From Neoechinorhynchus agilis (taxonomy: Eukaryota; Animalia; Acanthocephala), in contig CM121342.1 in NCBI GenBank assembly GCA_051530055.1, positions 15,577,480-15,641,479 of the forward strand: a stretch of 64,000 nt of DNA, written 5' to 3'. Positions 1-12,619 of the stretch are shown here, piece by piece. The position numbers were made by a program, and so were the translations under genes. How positions within the stretch are numbered: position 1 is the stretch's first letter; the number at the start of each line of letters is the position of its first letter. The notes under the pieces were generated by a model. It ran no database searches and was not told the DNA's origin. It saw only the letters and a program-made list of their open reading frames with translations.

Positions 1-1010
1 CAGCTCCGTACGAATTTCTAAAATACCCGTAAGCCACCGGTGCACGATCGTTGACAGCTTTTAAGAGCGAGTCGCGATTAGCGGAATTGAAGGCGTTCCG
101 GAAATCTAATTTCAGGATCACACACGGTTTAACGTTCTCAATAACAAATGTACAGAATGCGTGGACTATGGCTTCCGCCCCTCAAGGTGTGAAGCAACTT
201 AGTTGAACTGGACGAAGAATTTCAGCAACACCTTCTGAGACTCGCCTAGAAATCACTTTCCCTGCTAGTCGTCTCAATATAGAGCCAATCGCGATGGGAC
301 GAATCCCACCGTCCTTCTATTATAAAGCGCAGAGGGAAGCGCCAAAAAACAATTCGATCGCTTTGGGAGACAGGTTGTTTCCAGAGAAAACGCCGACTAA
401 CCGAGTCAAGACGTTCAGGAGAACATGGGATGGATCACCTACGGAGAAGGCATCACGTCCTTTAGGTGCTGAGGCCGAAGCCCGTCGAGCCCATGTGCTA
501 ACCCATTTGCGAAAGAAGAAACGGCCGTCTTAACAACATCGCACGATCTCCAGCAACGAAGGGGTGCAATGGACGATGTTTTGGATGTTTTGACGAGGTT
601 AATTGAGCTGAGGAGCAGAGCTTGCCAGCAGAAGGCCGGAACCAACACACCTGGAATCCCTTGGGCCGTGAGTCAAAAATTCTCCCGATTTCGTAATTTT
701 GATCTGCTTGTCACAGACCAGGCAATTATGTGTTGAGACCTTCGGATCTCGGGCAGCATCGGCCTCACCTCCCAGAACACTTGAAATTTCCGTTTGCCGC
801 TTGTTCTCTACAGGTTGTCCGGACCAAAGTTGATTTTGTGAATTTGCAGCGTCGGTCCACTCGTGATCCGCATGGTCAACAGGTGGCGCGCTGAGGGTGC
901 CTGCGTCAGCAGCGTCGAGCGTGGGCGGTGCGACATGCGGCGAATCGTGGTTTGCTGAGATGGTTAAGTCCCGAGCGGGGCGAGGGGATGGCGGTGGAAT
1001 CGTTGACATG
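1..1010 (-). mobile_element. Degenerate CRE-like (RLE-type) non-LTR retrotransposon: N-terminal Zn-finger region plus start of RT, running off the window edge
   Basis: Minus-strand translation gives CLVCDKQIKITKSGEFLTHGPRDSRC, ANGLAHGLDGLRPQHLKD, DGGIRPIAIGSILRRLAGK, GAEAIVHA and KLDFRNAFNS, with in-frame stops; homologous to 41801-42442. Confidence 0.75.
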
Positions 1011-1139
1011 CCGATTGCTTGAAATCAAATTTTTTGTTTATTCAGATTCATTAAGGTTGAGGACTACCTAACAGAGCTGATAATTGTGTCTTTGATACCG
1101 AGGTTAATAACGCTGCAACTATCAATAAATTAGAGCTGA

Positions 1140-1310
1140 TAATAAAAACACGTTCATTTGTTTGTACCTTTATGTCATCATGAACATTCGAGTTCTGATA
1201 GGTTAAATGAATGTCGTTGTTGATTTTGGAGTGTGGATTACGGATCCATTCTGGTTGTAATTGGTGGTTATCGTTTGCAGGAGAGCTTGGGTTTTCTCTG
1301 ATCCGGTAAG
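1140..1310 (-). mobile_element. 3' tail fragment of L2/CR1-like LINE family
   Basis: Matches 19810-19980 and 58530-58690 (cacgtt..atttgtt..gtaccttt..catgaacaytcgagttctgata). Confidence 0.6.
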
Positions 1311-1687
1311 ACCTTCGCCGCTGTGATCAACAATTAGCGGAAGACCCACTTCGGCGATCGCTGCAACCGTAAATCCTCACCATCGTCTTAATTTCATTCC
1401 GGATGTGGGATTACACGGCAAGATCTCAGTGAGATCCTCATTCCTTGCTATTTTATGTATGGAAGGCAATATAATAAATCAAGATAAAACTAGGATATTC
1501 CCTTTAAACAGTGCCCCAATTTCTGATTACGTTTGGTCCCACTCAAGAACACACGGACGAATTAAAGACGATGGATCAGCGATCTTGATTTTTAGCGAAG
1601 TTCTAAGAAACCAAATCTAACGATTTAATGTACGAAAGAAGTTGTTAGATTTGATCTTAAAAGTAAGGGGAAACATTAAAAAGAACG

Positions 1688-1981
1688 ATGAGCAGCAATT
1701 ACCTTGAGAACTATAAAGATCGGAGTGTGTTGGTTTTAACCAATGAAGGTCGAATTCTGGTCGGAACATTTCGCGGGTACGATCAGACGACGAATATTGT
1801 ATTGTCTGATTCCTACGAGAGAGTATTTAGTCCTGATGAAGGAGTTGAACAGGTTCAATTGGGAACGTACTTGGTTCGTGGTGACTGCGTTGCACTGATT
1901 GGCGATATTGATGAAAGTTTGGATTCAAAAATTGATTGGCTCCAAGTTCGAGCACCGCCGATCGATCATGCCAAGACCTAA
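1688..1981 (+). CDS. LSM8: U6 snRNA-associated Sm-like protein LSm8, intronless
   Basis: 97 aa Sm fold: VLVLTNEGRILVGTFRGYDQTTNIVL...ERVFSPDEGVEQVQLGTYLVRGDCVALIGDID. Confidence 0.95.
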   Translation: MSSNYLENYKDRSVLVLTNEGRILVGTFRGYDQTTNIVLSDSYERVFSPDEGVEQVQLGTYLVRGDCVALIGDIDESLDSKIDWLQVRAPPIDHAKT

Positions 1982-2190
1982 AAACATGCGCTTCTTTGTA
2001 GAAAATATAGTGGTTTGTACGTGTGAGGCATTGCGATTCACCTAACCATGAGATAATGAGTTTTTGAACGACTTGTTAACCATCGGAATTGTGATTGAAT
2101 CGTTCATGCTTTTTATAGGGCGGAATTGTATCCATATCGACAACGAGAAAGAGAAAAGCGCACATTGATAATTGCACCGAGTGACTTTGT

Positions 2191-2794
2191 TTAGTCAATC
2201 CGTAAAAATGATCTGAACACTCTACCCCGGATATCCGAGAGGTGACATATCGGAAATAAATCAATGAATTTTAATTCAGGGGACGGTATAACTAAGAAAG
2301 GAAAGTCGCTTTCCTCCCCACCCCGAAGATGATAATCCAAGAAACTAAGATCCATATCAAGAAGATCCTTCGGGATGGTGAATATTGAATGGTTTTTGAA
2401 CATAATCCCGGTTATAGATTCCTTTATTATTATGAAATATTTCGAAAGAGGAAACCTCATCAGTCATCCAAATGGACACATTCTTTAGCAAAAATGACAT
2501 TCTCTAGGATATATTTCTTCCTTGTAAAGAAATTATTGATCATAGTTTCAGTCTCAATTAGCGATGTTTGATTCAGAAAATAGATTTATCTTGAAAATTT
2601 TCGGTCTTCTCGTTGGCACAAACAATTGACTGAAGAAGGAAAACGAAAAGGCCTAAAATTTTCAAGATAAATCTATTTTCTTAATCAAACATCGCTATAT
2701 TTCTTCCGTAATGTCGGCACGAAATGAACGGTTCATTTGGATATTGTCATTGATCTTTAAAAATCGATATCTACGACGAGAATAAGAATTGAAC
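2191..2794 (-). CDS. Uncharacterised multi-exon gene (partial model)
   Basis: Open segments YRFLKINDNIQMNRSFRADITEEI | TETMINNFFTRKKYILENVIFAKEC | ESITGIMFKNHSIF... join in frame after removing 2553-2697 and a 56-nt GT-AG intron; no family recognised. Confidence 0.4.
2559..2697. repeat. Near-perfect foldback element (about 43-50 bp arms), TA at both ends; candidate young hairpin intron
   Basis: tagcgatgtttgattcagaaaatagatttatcttgaaaatttt ... aaaattttcaagataaatctattttcttaatcaaacatcgcta. Confidence 0.95.
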
Positions 2795-3324
2795 TATAAT
2801 CTAGTTTGGATTTATGCATTTCTTTCAAAATACTGATTTGAGTTATAATCGAAAGTATGTAGGCGACATTTTTCCCTTTCTTGATTTTAACACTTTTTCC
2901 GTATTAGTCCATGAAGATTCAAACTGTCTTCCAATCCGAAATCTGTCGCTATAAAAGCAAAAAATTTAGCTATGTGATTCCAACGTCTTGTAGAACACGT
3001 CTTCCCGAATTTGCATTAAACGCATTTTTATCAGAAATGCCAAGTTTAAGCAGAAATGATTGCAAGCCGAAATAAGATTCCAAAGATCAACTTGTCCCTT
3101 GCAGTTTTAGTAGTTGGTGAAGAGGCGAAAAAGGCCATTAAGACAATTTGTGATCACAGAATTTTAGCCTTTAAAAATGATTAGTCGCAAAAAATGTGCA
3201 TCCAATCTTCATAAAATCAGCCATTGCTAACTTAGAAATCATGAGATTAAGATCTAAGAAGATCAAATAGGAATGGCAAATCCACTTTCAACCTTTGAGT
3301 TCCATCTCATGAAAATTTATGAGA

Positions 3325-3515
3325 TGTCGATATGTGACGAGGTACCGGGGTTTATGATTGGAGAATTAATGTTCAGAAGTCTTCATTTGGTAAATAATTT
3401 CTCGGTTAAAAACATTCCGCGAACCACATAAAGGGTTCATCATCATTTAACACAACGTTTTAATAAAAAAATATTTACCGGTTGAATACTTCTAAACAAT
3501 AATTCTAAAATTTAT
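3325..3515 (+). repeat. Dispersed copy of foldback family F1
   Basis: cgatatgtgac.aggtaccgggg.ttatgatt head followed by inverted arms, as in the 12620-14150 array. Confidence 0.85.
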
Positions 3516-4493
3516 AAGTGTTTGGAGATATGTTTTAGTTAAAAAAGGGAAATTTATTCAGTGACCTCGAATACTTCGTATTTTTTTAAACCCGGTTTGC
3601 CGAATCGAAATTCCATTTTGTTTTTATTGGAAACAGCATTTTTCATGAACGTTGAACGAAATGACGTTTTAAAACAACAAAAGCTTTCTTTTTTCCGCTT
3701 CTCCAAGTCTAATTTTGCGATTAACACGTTTATTAGCCTACGATCTGACATACTTGTCTATGCGAAATTGGTATTTAGACAGCGTTTTCTCTTAAGAAAT
3801 TACATTTGCCACGAGCCATAACAAGAAAAGCATCCCTGCATTCGCAACCACAAAAAGAAGTTTTCAGTCCATTCAATATTTCTCAGTCTCGTTTTTCACT
3901 TCATTTCACCAACGATATACTTTGAAAAATGGATATTGATTTACTTTCAAACAACCTGAAGAAGTCCGACGAAATATGTATTTTTCTTATCAGCAGTTTT
4001 TTAATCAATTAACAACTTCTTTAGAACGATAAACTTTGAGCATTCGTTATCTCTGCTTCTAAGAAAATAAACATTTTAATTTTTTCTTGTCTTCATGTTG
4101 TCTCGTCGAAAAAGTCTCGTTGTTTTGCTTATACGTCTCTACATTTCAATCTACCATTTTGTGAAGCTCTACGGTTTCTCGCGCGCTCGCATAAAGGCCT
4201 GAACACTCAACCTCTCCGTCACGCAAGTCTGTAGCAGAGCAACGCTTCTAATGTTTTCATCGGCATTTGTCGTCTTGGTACCGCCTACATTCAAGAGATT
4301 GCCAGGAAATCTCCATTTTGCATCACCGTATCAAAGGTGCAGGACGCCTCAATGTACCAGTGCCCGGAAACTCTTGATTTTTCTTACTCTTGTAACTAGA
4401 TCCAGGCCGTTTCCTGAAAGGGTTTCGCAAACGCTATTCCAGGACTTTTTGCTTCGCACCACCGCTACACTCTCTACCCCCGTTTCCTATTAG

Positions 4494-7400
4494 ATGTCCG
4501 TTTATCGAGTTCGCTCCAGCAATCTAGCACAATTCTTAAGCACCTTTCAAGGTCGAACCGGACGTAACTCAAATGATGCTGAACGAGCTAAATTCGAACA
4601 GTCTCAAGCGTCAAGCGTCCACAAAATACTGACCACGACTGAATGCGAACCAAAGGAAAAGCACATCAGAAATCTCATCCTTGGAACTTTTCATGAACAA
4701 GGAAGTTATCTCTTCTGGACCTTGATGATTAATGTTCAGCTTGAAAGCAATCCTATAGTCTGCTGGAAGTTTTGTTACCTCTTTCATCGAATACTAAGAG
4801 ACGGCCACAAAAATGTGATCACCGATTCTTTTCCTGTCATTTCTTACTTGAACCAATTGGGGCAATTCTGGAGTAGCTTGCCTCAAAACTATGGTGCAAT
4901 GATCTATAGATATTGTCAATTAATCGGCACCAAATTGAACTTTCACCGTCAACACACCTTTTTTCCCGGAAATTTACAAATATCATTTTCCAATTTCAAG
5001 GCCACAACCGCAGCGTCCACTGATGCTTACTTCGATATAAGTGCGAGCCTTTTGGACTATCTCGACAGCATTTTGGACTTTCAGAGTCTCGTTTTTAAAG
5101 CTATTGATCAATATTACGCGAATTCGATGACTGTTGTGGGTCAATGCCGACTAAGACCTCTTGTGCCTTGCATTCACGAAGCCAATACCCTTTACGACTT
5201 AATTGTCAAGACGCTGTTTGAAATGCACAACGGTCAGATCAGTCGTTCATGTTGAACTGATATTTATAGAAACCGCTTTGTAGTTCTTCAGGCTTCGGAT
5301 TTAGAAGGTCATCGTGTCAGATTTAATAAATGCTTCAACAGGTACTCAGTAGCGTTTGAAACTCTCTAATTGTTGTCAAATACCCTAATTGTTTAGATTA
5401 AAGGATTTCTACAGGCGCTCCAGATCGATGCAGTTTTTCCACAACTTAATCGTCATCCCAGACATGCCTGGCGTAAGTTCTACTTTTTCCATAAGCTGCA
5501 CTTAATCTTCTATTTCTCCTAAAACCAGTCTGCTCCCAATTTCCACATGATAGAAGATCTTGAATCCTACCGGGCCCCGATTTGCACTATAACATCACAT
5601 GACACTGGCGGTACACCATCATCTCGACGATCAACCCCACGTCCAAGTGTCCAATCGTTACGGAAAAACGGGTTTTGTGTCTTCGCTAAATCCGTTTTAT
5701 AACAGAACCGGAACTCATTCTGGATCTCAGTGATGAGGACGATGCGGCGAGAATCACTGGTAGTCAAAGTGAGTCGTACATGAACAACTATGTCACGATG
5801 GAACCTAGATATTCCGAAATCCATCTCCCATCTCCTCCGTCGATCGATGTTTCCACTCAAAATCCTTTCATCGAACCAATATACGCCACCCCGGGGCGAT
5901 TGATCCCACTAGCACCACCACCCCCACCACCATCGACGACGACTGTCAGCGGTACAAGTTCAGTTCAGTCTGTAGTTCAACAACTCAATAACCTGAAGCT
6001 CGAAATGTCCGCAAAAGACCAACACATAAGCGATTTAGAGAAGAAACTGACTTTAGTAGAACAAAAAAGTGTGGAAGATATTGATGCCAAAATATCGGAA
6101 TGGAATAGTATTCTGAGTGAAAAGGACGAAAAGTATTCCAAAATTAAGCAACTCTATGGAAAACTTAGAGAACAACATATAGCTTTGCTGAGATCAGTGA
6201 GTATTCTTATGAGTGCGTACTTATTTGAGTCGATTCACTCGAATTTTAACAATCTATATATGTATGAAAAAGTACGGTTAATCGCATGCGCATTCGTTGT
6301 CTGTTTGGTGATAGATAATGCCATTTCGAACTTTTTATTAGCTTTCGATTTCAAAAACTATTTCTGTGGTCGAAGTATTCTATAAAATAGGTTTTCACCG
6401 TTTATGACATCCGTTTACGACCACTTTGCACTAATTTTACTACTACAAATTGCGATTACCTATCGATCCCACTCGTATGATGATATCGATTATCCGGATT
6501 ATTGAGCCGTGTCGATTTCTTTTATATAAATGTTTAATACAAAATATTAATTTTAAAGCGTCTCGTTTTATTAAACTAAAATCACGCTGCGCCACTCATG
6601 TAATGATATCCTTAAAAGTGCATTAAAAATCCGTTATGGACTATAGGAATCTCAATTGAAGAAGGAATTACGTGGAGCAAATGATAAAATGTCTAAAATG
6701 ATGGAAATCAATGTAGCGTGCGAGGATTCTATTTCTGAACATACGGCAACAAGTATTAAAGCAAATGAAGATCTTGTTAAACGCGTCGAAGAGCAGCTGA
6801 AGGAGATTGATGTTTTAAAATCAACGTTGGTTCAGAATAACTCTGATTTGGAAAAGATAGGTTTTTCTAATGAGGTTGGTGTTGGCTTTTAACTATTTAT
6901 TGGGCATGTTTTGCAAGATTAGATTTTGAACAACCGAGTGCTTGAGTTGATTGAGGAATGTGAGAAGCTATCGGAACAAGTGGAAAGTTTACGAGTCGCT
7001 CATCAAGAAAACGTCAGTCTCAATGAGCAAAAAGATAATAGAATTTTGAGCTTAGAGAACGCTAATAACGTTAGTCATGCTCTACTGCGGTTTGTGGAAA
7101 AAACTTGAATGGCACTTCGCTATGAACTCACCTATAATTATGCTAATTTATACGCGTTCATTTCCTTTTTTGAGCTTTTGTATTCTTATAGGAATTATCG
7201 AAGAGACTCACTGAAGTTATTGAGCAGAACGCGAGTTTAAAGGCGCTTTCTGCTGATAATGAGAGCTTGCGAAAAGAACTGGAAGAGACAAAAAAGCTGT
7301 ACTACGAACGCGACCTTGAACTTCAGAGGCTCAGGAAGGTATTTGTAGAGTCTAATGAGAAGGCGAAACGCGAATTTGAAGCTCAGACTGCTCAAATGAG

Positions 7401-8601
7401 TGCAAGGATGGAGGAGCTTGAAAACGCGTTGCAGGAAGCGAATCAAATGGTTGATCAGGTGCACAAGAACTGTGAAGAAAACGCGAGGACGCTCCATCGC
7501 AGCGAGTCCGAGAAGGAACGCTTGCAACAAGAACTGAAAAACAAACAGCATATCTTTGAAGACGTAAAGTCGGGGAAAAAGGTACATTTCAAATCCGCTC
7601 GCTTTACGACGAAAACTCTAACTTCATTCGGACTGTAGGAATTAGAAGAAGATTTGATTGATTTGTTAAACGAAAAAGAAAAGATAGAGGAAAGGGCAAT
7701 GAAGATGCAGTCCCGAATCGTCGAGCAGGAAGCCCTTTTGCATTCTTTGGCAGACTCAACAGTCAAGGCAGAAGAAAGAGCAAAAGAGCTAACGGAACAA
7801 AGAATTCGAGAGATTTCAGGTAGACCTCAATTCCTTTCTAAAAGTATAGAACGTTTTGTTAGATAGTGAATTATTTACCCGTCATCTTTTAAAAAGAGTG
7901 ATACTGTTCGAATCCTCAAAATAGCTACCACCACCAAAACTAACCCTAAAAACCAGTCATTTTGAACACAGAAACGAATAATTGTGAAATGCTTTTACTC
8001 ATGCGTTTGGTTAATGTCCTTCTCGTTGATAGAAATGATGCTGACAACGACGGATGAGCTATTTCGAGCACCAGAATCAAGCGCACTAAGGGAAGTTCTT
8101 GCCTCGATCGTTCACCTTTTGGACTCATCAAACGATGGATCGAAGTGCAAGTCGGCAATATCTTTGACATGGAACCTAAGGCAACTCCAGTGCCAATACT
8201 CACAGGCACGCAATCCCCTGTTTGCATTGAAACTATCTGAGATTCTGCTGTGCACAAAATATGACGATAAAGCAAAAATGGAGCGGTTTTGTCTTCAACT
8301 TTGCCAACTTCTTGGTCGATGCTTTACGTCAATCGCAGAAGGCGAACAAGGATCACTCGATAAGTTGCGCGAAGTTTCCGCAACTCAGGATAAGACTGCG
8401 TTCCATTCGACTGTCCTTTCGTTTATAGAAGTGATTTGTAGGCTCAAAAATGATGCGAAACTAAATGGACTTGCTCATTATGCTTTAGAGGTAGATGTCA
8501 GTGGAGTTATTGAAGCGAGTTTGGCACTGTACAGCGAAACGGATTCCGAGGATCTGGATGAATGTGCTTTGAAATTGATCCGAAAATGTGTACAGAATTA
8601 A
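4494..8601 (+). CDS. HIP1: Huntingtin-interacting protein 1 / Sla2-like endocytic adaptor (ANTH + Pro-rich + coiled coil), about 10 exons
   Basis: ANTH motifs ECEPKEKHIRNLILGT, NPIVCWKFCYLFHRILRDGH, KLNFHRQH; LEGHRVRF; NPF and poly-Pro motifs; long coiled coil; introns checked are GT-AG. Confidence 0.85.
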
Positions 8602-8812
8602 AAGCACTTAGGTTACACTTCAAGTCCCCTGGAGTGCTAGTATTAAAATAAAATGCATTCTGTGACAGTGGTCGAGATCACTAATTACTTGAGTTTGGGC
8701 GAAACGCAACTTCGGATAACGCATTTTCAAAAACCGAGTTCAATGTGTAAGGCACTTTATTTTATTGCCAATGATGTACACAAATAGTTTCACAATTTGA
8801 ATGAAAAGGTAT

Positions 8813-9760
8813 TCAAAAGAACTTGATATCTTCAGCGACCGTGTTTACTGACTTGGAATCAGATGTCGTTTCGCTCATCCGCCGAATCAGCAACAACTCA
8901 TCGGCTGAGAAAACATCGCTGGGATCGGAAGGCTGAACCAAAAACACTGGCAAATAAGTCCATCCTGTACAAGTCACTTTGGATGAATGCGGTTTCGTTT
9001 CATTCCCGTACTCATTTCGGGGAATCTTTGCATCGATGTGATTTTCGACAAGACCATTAAACCGTTTGCCCATGCGTTTCCGCCGATACTTCTCAGCAAG
9101 GGCATTGAAACCATCAAATTCGATATAGGGCGTCACGATTCTCGATATTTCACCAATGACACTTGAACTTCGGAGTCGCATTCCGCGTTCAGCAAACTCA
9201 CATTCTTTCTCTCGTTCGATACGGCACTTTTCTTCGTACATCAATCCAACTAAAGCCAACCGCCGCATCTCTACTTGCTCCCTATGCATCATGAGTTCCA
9301 GCAAATGAACAGTTTGAGCTAACTTTGAACGCTGCTCTTGAGTGATCGTCGGACGTTTGCAGATCTCCGGTCTGATTGTAGGACTCCTGAGCACTATGAC
9401 CTCTGGTTGTTGATGATGCTGCCCAGGCCAAACGTTCTCAATTTCACTTGTAGGACAGGACATTTTATACGCGGTTAAGACCATCATTTGGCATGGCCAT
9501 TTTAGCTGCCAATATCAAAGGATTTCCTAAAAAAAGAAGTGCACTTTCGTCCGTTGAGACCGGGAAGTTCTCTCGTGGACAGGACTTGTGGCTTTCGAAC
9601 AAAATTCTGCTTTTAATGGACATAGCCAATTGTTGCATTTCCTTGGAAAAAGAGCGATACGCCGAAACCGTGACGCTCCAACACGACCTTCCGGTCAGGA
9701 AAAAGCCTTCCATTTCATTTCTTTCTGCCAAACGGATCCCAATGGAGTCTAGATATTTCT
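8813..9760 (-). CDS. Hypothetical protein with EPC/JADE C-terminal-like helix
   Basis: 224-aa ORF with LAQTVHLLELMMHREQVEMRRL, resembling the LLELxxKREK helix of EPC/BRPF/JADE; upstream 88-aa ORF is in another frame and joined by an intron; 5' end unresolved. Confidence 0.5.
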
Positions 9761-10413
9761 AGTAGCACATTGATGAACATTATTGGGTTCATAAGCTTCA
9801 GCATTAGACTTTGTTGTTTTTGGGTTTTTTTCAAATATATATATATTTTGCCGTAATTTAGGTGGTGACCAGTGGGGGAGTCGCCTTAGGAGCCATTGAC
9901 CTCCCTCTCTATTGTCTAAGAAAAACCCTGTTTAGAATCTATTTTTTAAGATGATCGAACTTGCTCCAAAGTGAGTGAACCTTAGACCGGTTAGGACTTT
10001 CTCTGTATATTACGAGTCATCAAAATTTCTTTTCTTTCTCCCCCTCCCCTGCATTTTTCATTTCTGATTTCTCTGATGCCAACTTTTGTATGTTCGGAAG
10101 TTCCCTGAAAATCTTGGTCAATTGTTCGATTGTTGGAGATTTTGTGCTACACAAGAAACGATAAGTAGCGCAAATGTATCGGTACCTAAATTTTGAAAAA
10201 AGAAGAAGGACAGATATGATGTATCTAAAGGAACTTGAAAGGTTTGCCGGCAAAAAAGTTCAATTCTAAGTTTAGGTGAGCATTTGTCAATCATTTCGGA
10301 AACACAAGTTTCGAACTCTGGTTCAAAGGTGATGATGATGGTCCGTAAGGAGCGTAAGAACTTTGTAGTAAAAATTTTTCGAAACCGTGAAAAAGGTATT
10401 TATCACGGACTGA

Positions 10414-12277
10414 TTATTCGGCTCGCGCTTTCGGGCAAAAATCATTAAATGGATCAAGATGGCAATTAAGAGAGAACCAAACGAGTCCCCATGATGATTG
10501 TTCAAAAGTCAAGCTGAGAACGTATGGCATTCGCTGGTTTCTATCGAGTTGAGGACGGACGGGTATCCCAAATCCCCATCCGGCGCGCTGAACGGCGCTC
10601 CTCATTGCCGGCGGCAAATTCTGTTTTCTCCTTGAAAGCAACTCAACTACCGAAGTGCACTTCTTAACGTCCGTCCTGTCCATGGATCTTTGTTGATTAT
10701 TCGTTCGATGTTCGTCAATGAGTCTTTTCGATATCAACTGATCACACCGAACGCCGATCTTTTTCTGTTTCCAATAAGACAATATGTGCCTTGAAGTGTC
10801 ATCACTTTGAGCGTTCAATTGTTGGCTAAAGAATCCATCGAGTATTCGAAGGCGTGTTTGATAGATCGCAAAAGCCACGAATCCAGGTTGAAACACATTT
10901 ATCCGTTGGACGCACCTTGGATGGTGTTCATCGCATAAGACAATAACTCTTCGGTTTGGATCATTTGGATGTGAAGCTCGGACTTCGAAATGAGTAGCTC
11001 GGCCTTGTGGACGATTTGCATACGAAAGCTGAGCGCAACGCGGATGAAACCATTTGTTGCACAACGTAGCCGATGAACAGTTCACACACAGACCTCCCGG
11101 TTTTTTGCATACTAAACAGAGATGTCCCCATCGTCCCTGATATGTTGCAACGGAGCACACTGGATGAACTAAACTGATTCCACCTCCCGACAGCTCAACG
11201 TTCGACATTAGACCTCCACGATGACCACAGAATACGCACGGAATTGCCTTTTGGTCAATCCGGCATTGTTCACACACAAATTTAGCTGCCAATTGAACGA
11301 ATGGCTGATGATGTCGATAACACTGTCTATGGACCATGAGATCGCATCGAGCGCATAACAACATATCGAACTCAAGGGGATTTCGAGTCGGCGAGAAGTG
11401 CACCAAAGTGCCGTTTGAATGAACGCAAACGTCGCACCGAAGCTGACACCAATCCCTCTCAAGGTTCATTATGCTTAACAAGCGATTTAAGCACACCCTA
11501 AAATCATTTTCATGTATTTTGTTTGGTGATTGAGAAGAAGTAGAGATTGATTTTCGTTAATTCCAAATATTTCGTCCCGTCGGTCAAGTTGCTTGTAAGT
11601 GTTTAAATATGTGAGCTCCGACGAGGCGAAATATTGGGAATTGACAAAAATCAATCTCTACTCCTTCTCAATCACTAAACACAAATACATATATCCACGA
11701 ACAATTTCTTTGCAATCATTTTCATTAGGTTTTTCAACGAAATTGAAGGATTTACACTCTCTTAGGTGGTTGGAATAAAATAAGGAAACATTTTCGAAAA
11801 TTAGTTCACCATCCAACTTAAATCGCTCGATCTTAACCGGCCACCAATACTTTTAGCAACCGTTGCATGATACTGGACATCGGTTTGTACAAACAACTTT
11901 TTCATTCTCTTGACAATCGCATGGTACGTATTGGAGATCACTGCGTTAGTCTGTAAACCTCCATGGTCGGGCATCACAATCTGAGCGACTCGGCGGCAAA
12001 GGTTCAATGCGAACGCACAGTCGTGCCGATTACCAATGTACTCCCAATCACCGGTGATATAGTGGAATTCCTGAAGACTCGACTCATGCCGGTCAGGACG
12101 AATATGAGGTTGGATTTGCTCATATCGAATGAATACGTCATCATTTGGTCCTGGAGTAGGCGGAATCAATTTAAATCCCACAATGGACCGATGAGTGATC
12201 GTTTTTGACTCATTGACAATCCAAACGCTACGGGGCGATCGGGACGCGGGCGCATTAACCAATACGCGATCTGACAT
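10414..12277 (-). CDS. JADE/BRPF-like chromatin scaffold: EPL1-N-like exon plus PZP (PHD-Zn knuckle-PHD) exon
   Basis: CDVC...CARCDLMVHRQCY...CEQC...CVFC...HPVC...CLVCKKPGGLCVNCS...FHPRCA; later HILSYWKQKK and VVELLSRRKQ; the upstream ORF (WEYIGNRHDCAF...ISNTYHAIVKRMKK) resembles EPL1-N (inference). Confidence 0.8.
11512..11690. repeat. Foldback element (about 72 bp arms) inside the JADE-like intron
   Basis: atgtattttgtttggtgattgagaagaagtagagattgatt... pairs with ...aatcaatctctactccttctcaatcactaaacacaaatacat. Confidence 0.95.
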
Positions 12278-12619
12278 GTATCGTTGCTACCGAACACCCA
12301 ACAAATACTGATTTTCTATCAAATTTAGTGGTATAATCAACGAATTGGCTGTCGTGGACTTCAGAGAACTGCCTTAATTGCAATCCAACTTCTTTTAACG
12401 TCACAGTGACTTGATTGATCTAAACCTATCAGTTTCAAACAAATTCGCGCAATGTCCCCGAAAGAAAGAAAAAGACTAAACTGTTGATTTCAAATCGTTC
12501 AAATCTAAGAATGTGTTCTGATTGTTGTTTTCGAACCTTTAAAGTGTATAGATTTGTGTTGCTTCGATGTAATCCACAGTGCTTGTTTATCGTCCATTAA
12601 TGATGCAACTTGTACTAGT

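Noticed and set aside
2771-2826. Additional GA..AG hairpin intron in the unknown gene
   Set aside because: The stem is weak, the upstream frame is closed shortly before, and a canonical alternative exists.
2191-3150. GT11 fucosyltransferase-like motifs (YHLRGG, SACNH)
   Set aside because: The motifs are in the wrong order and the frames upstream of 2800 do not join convincingly.
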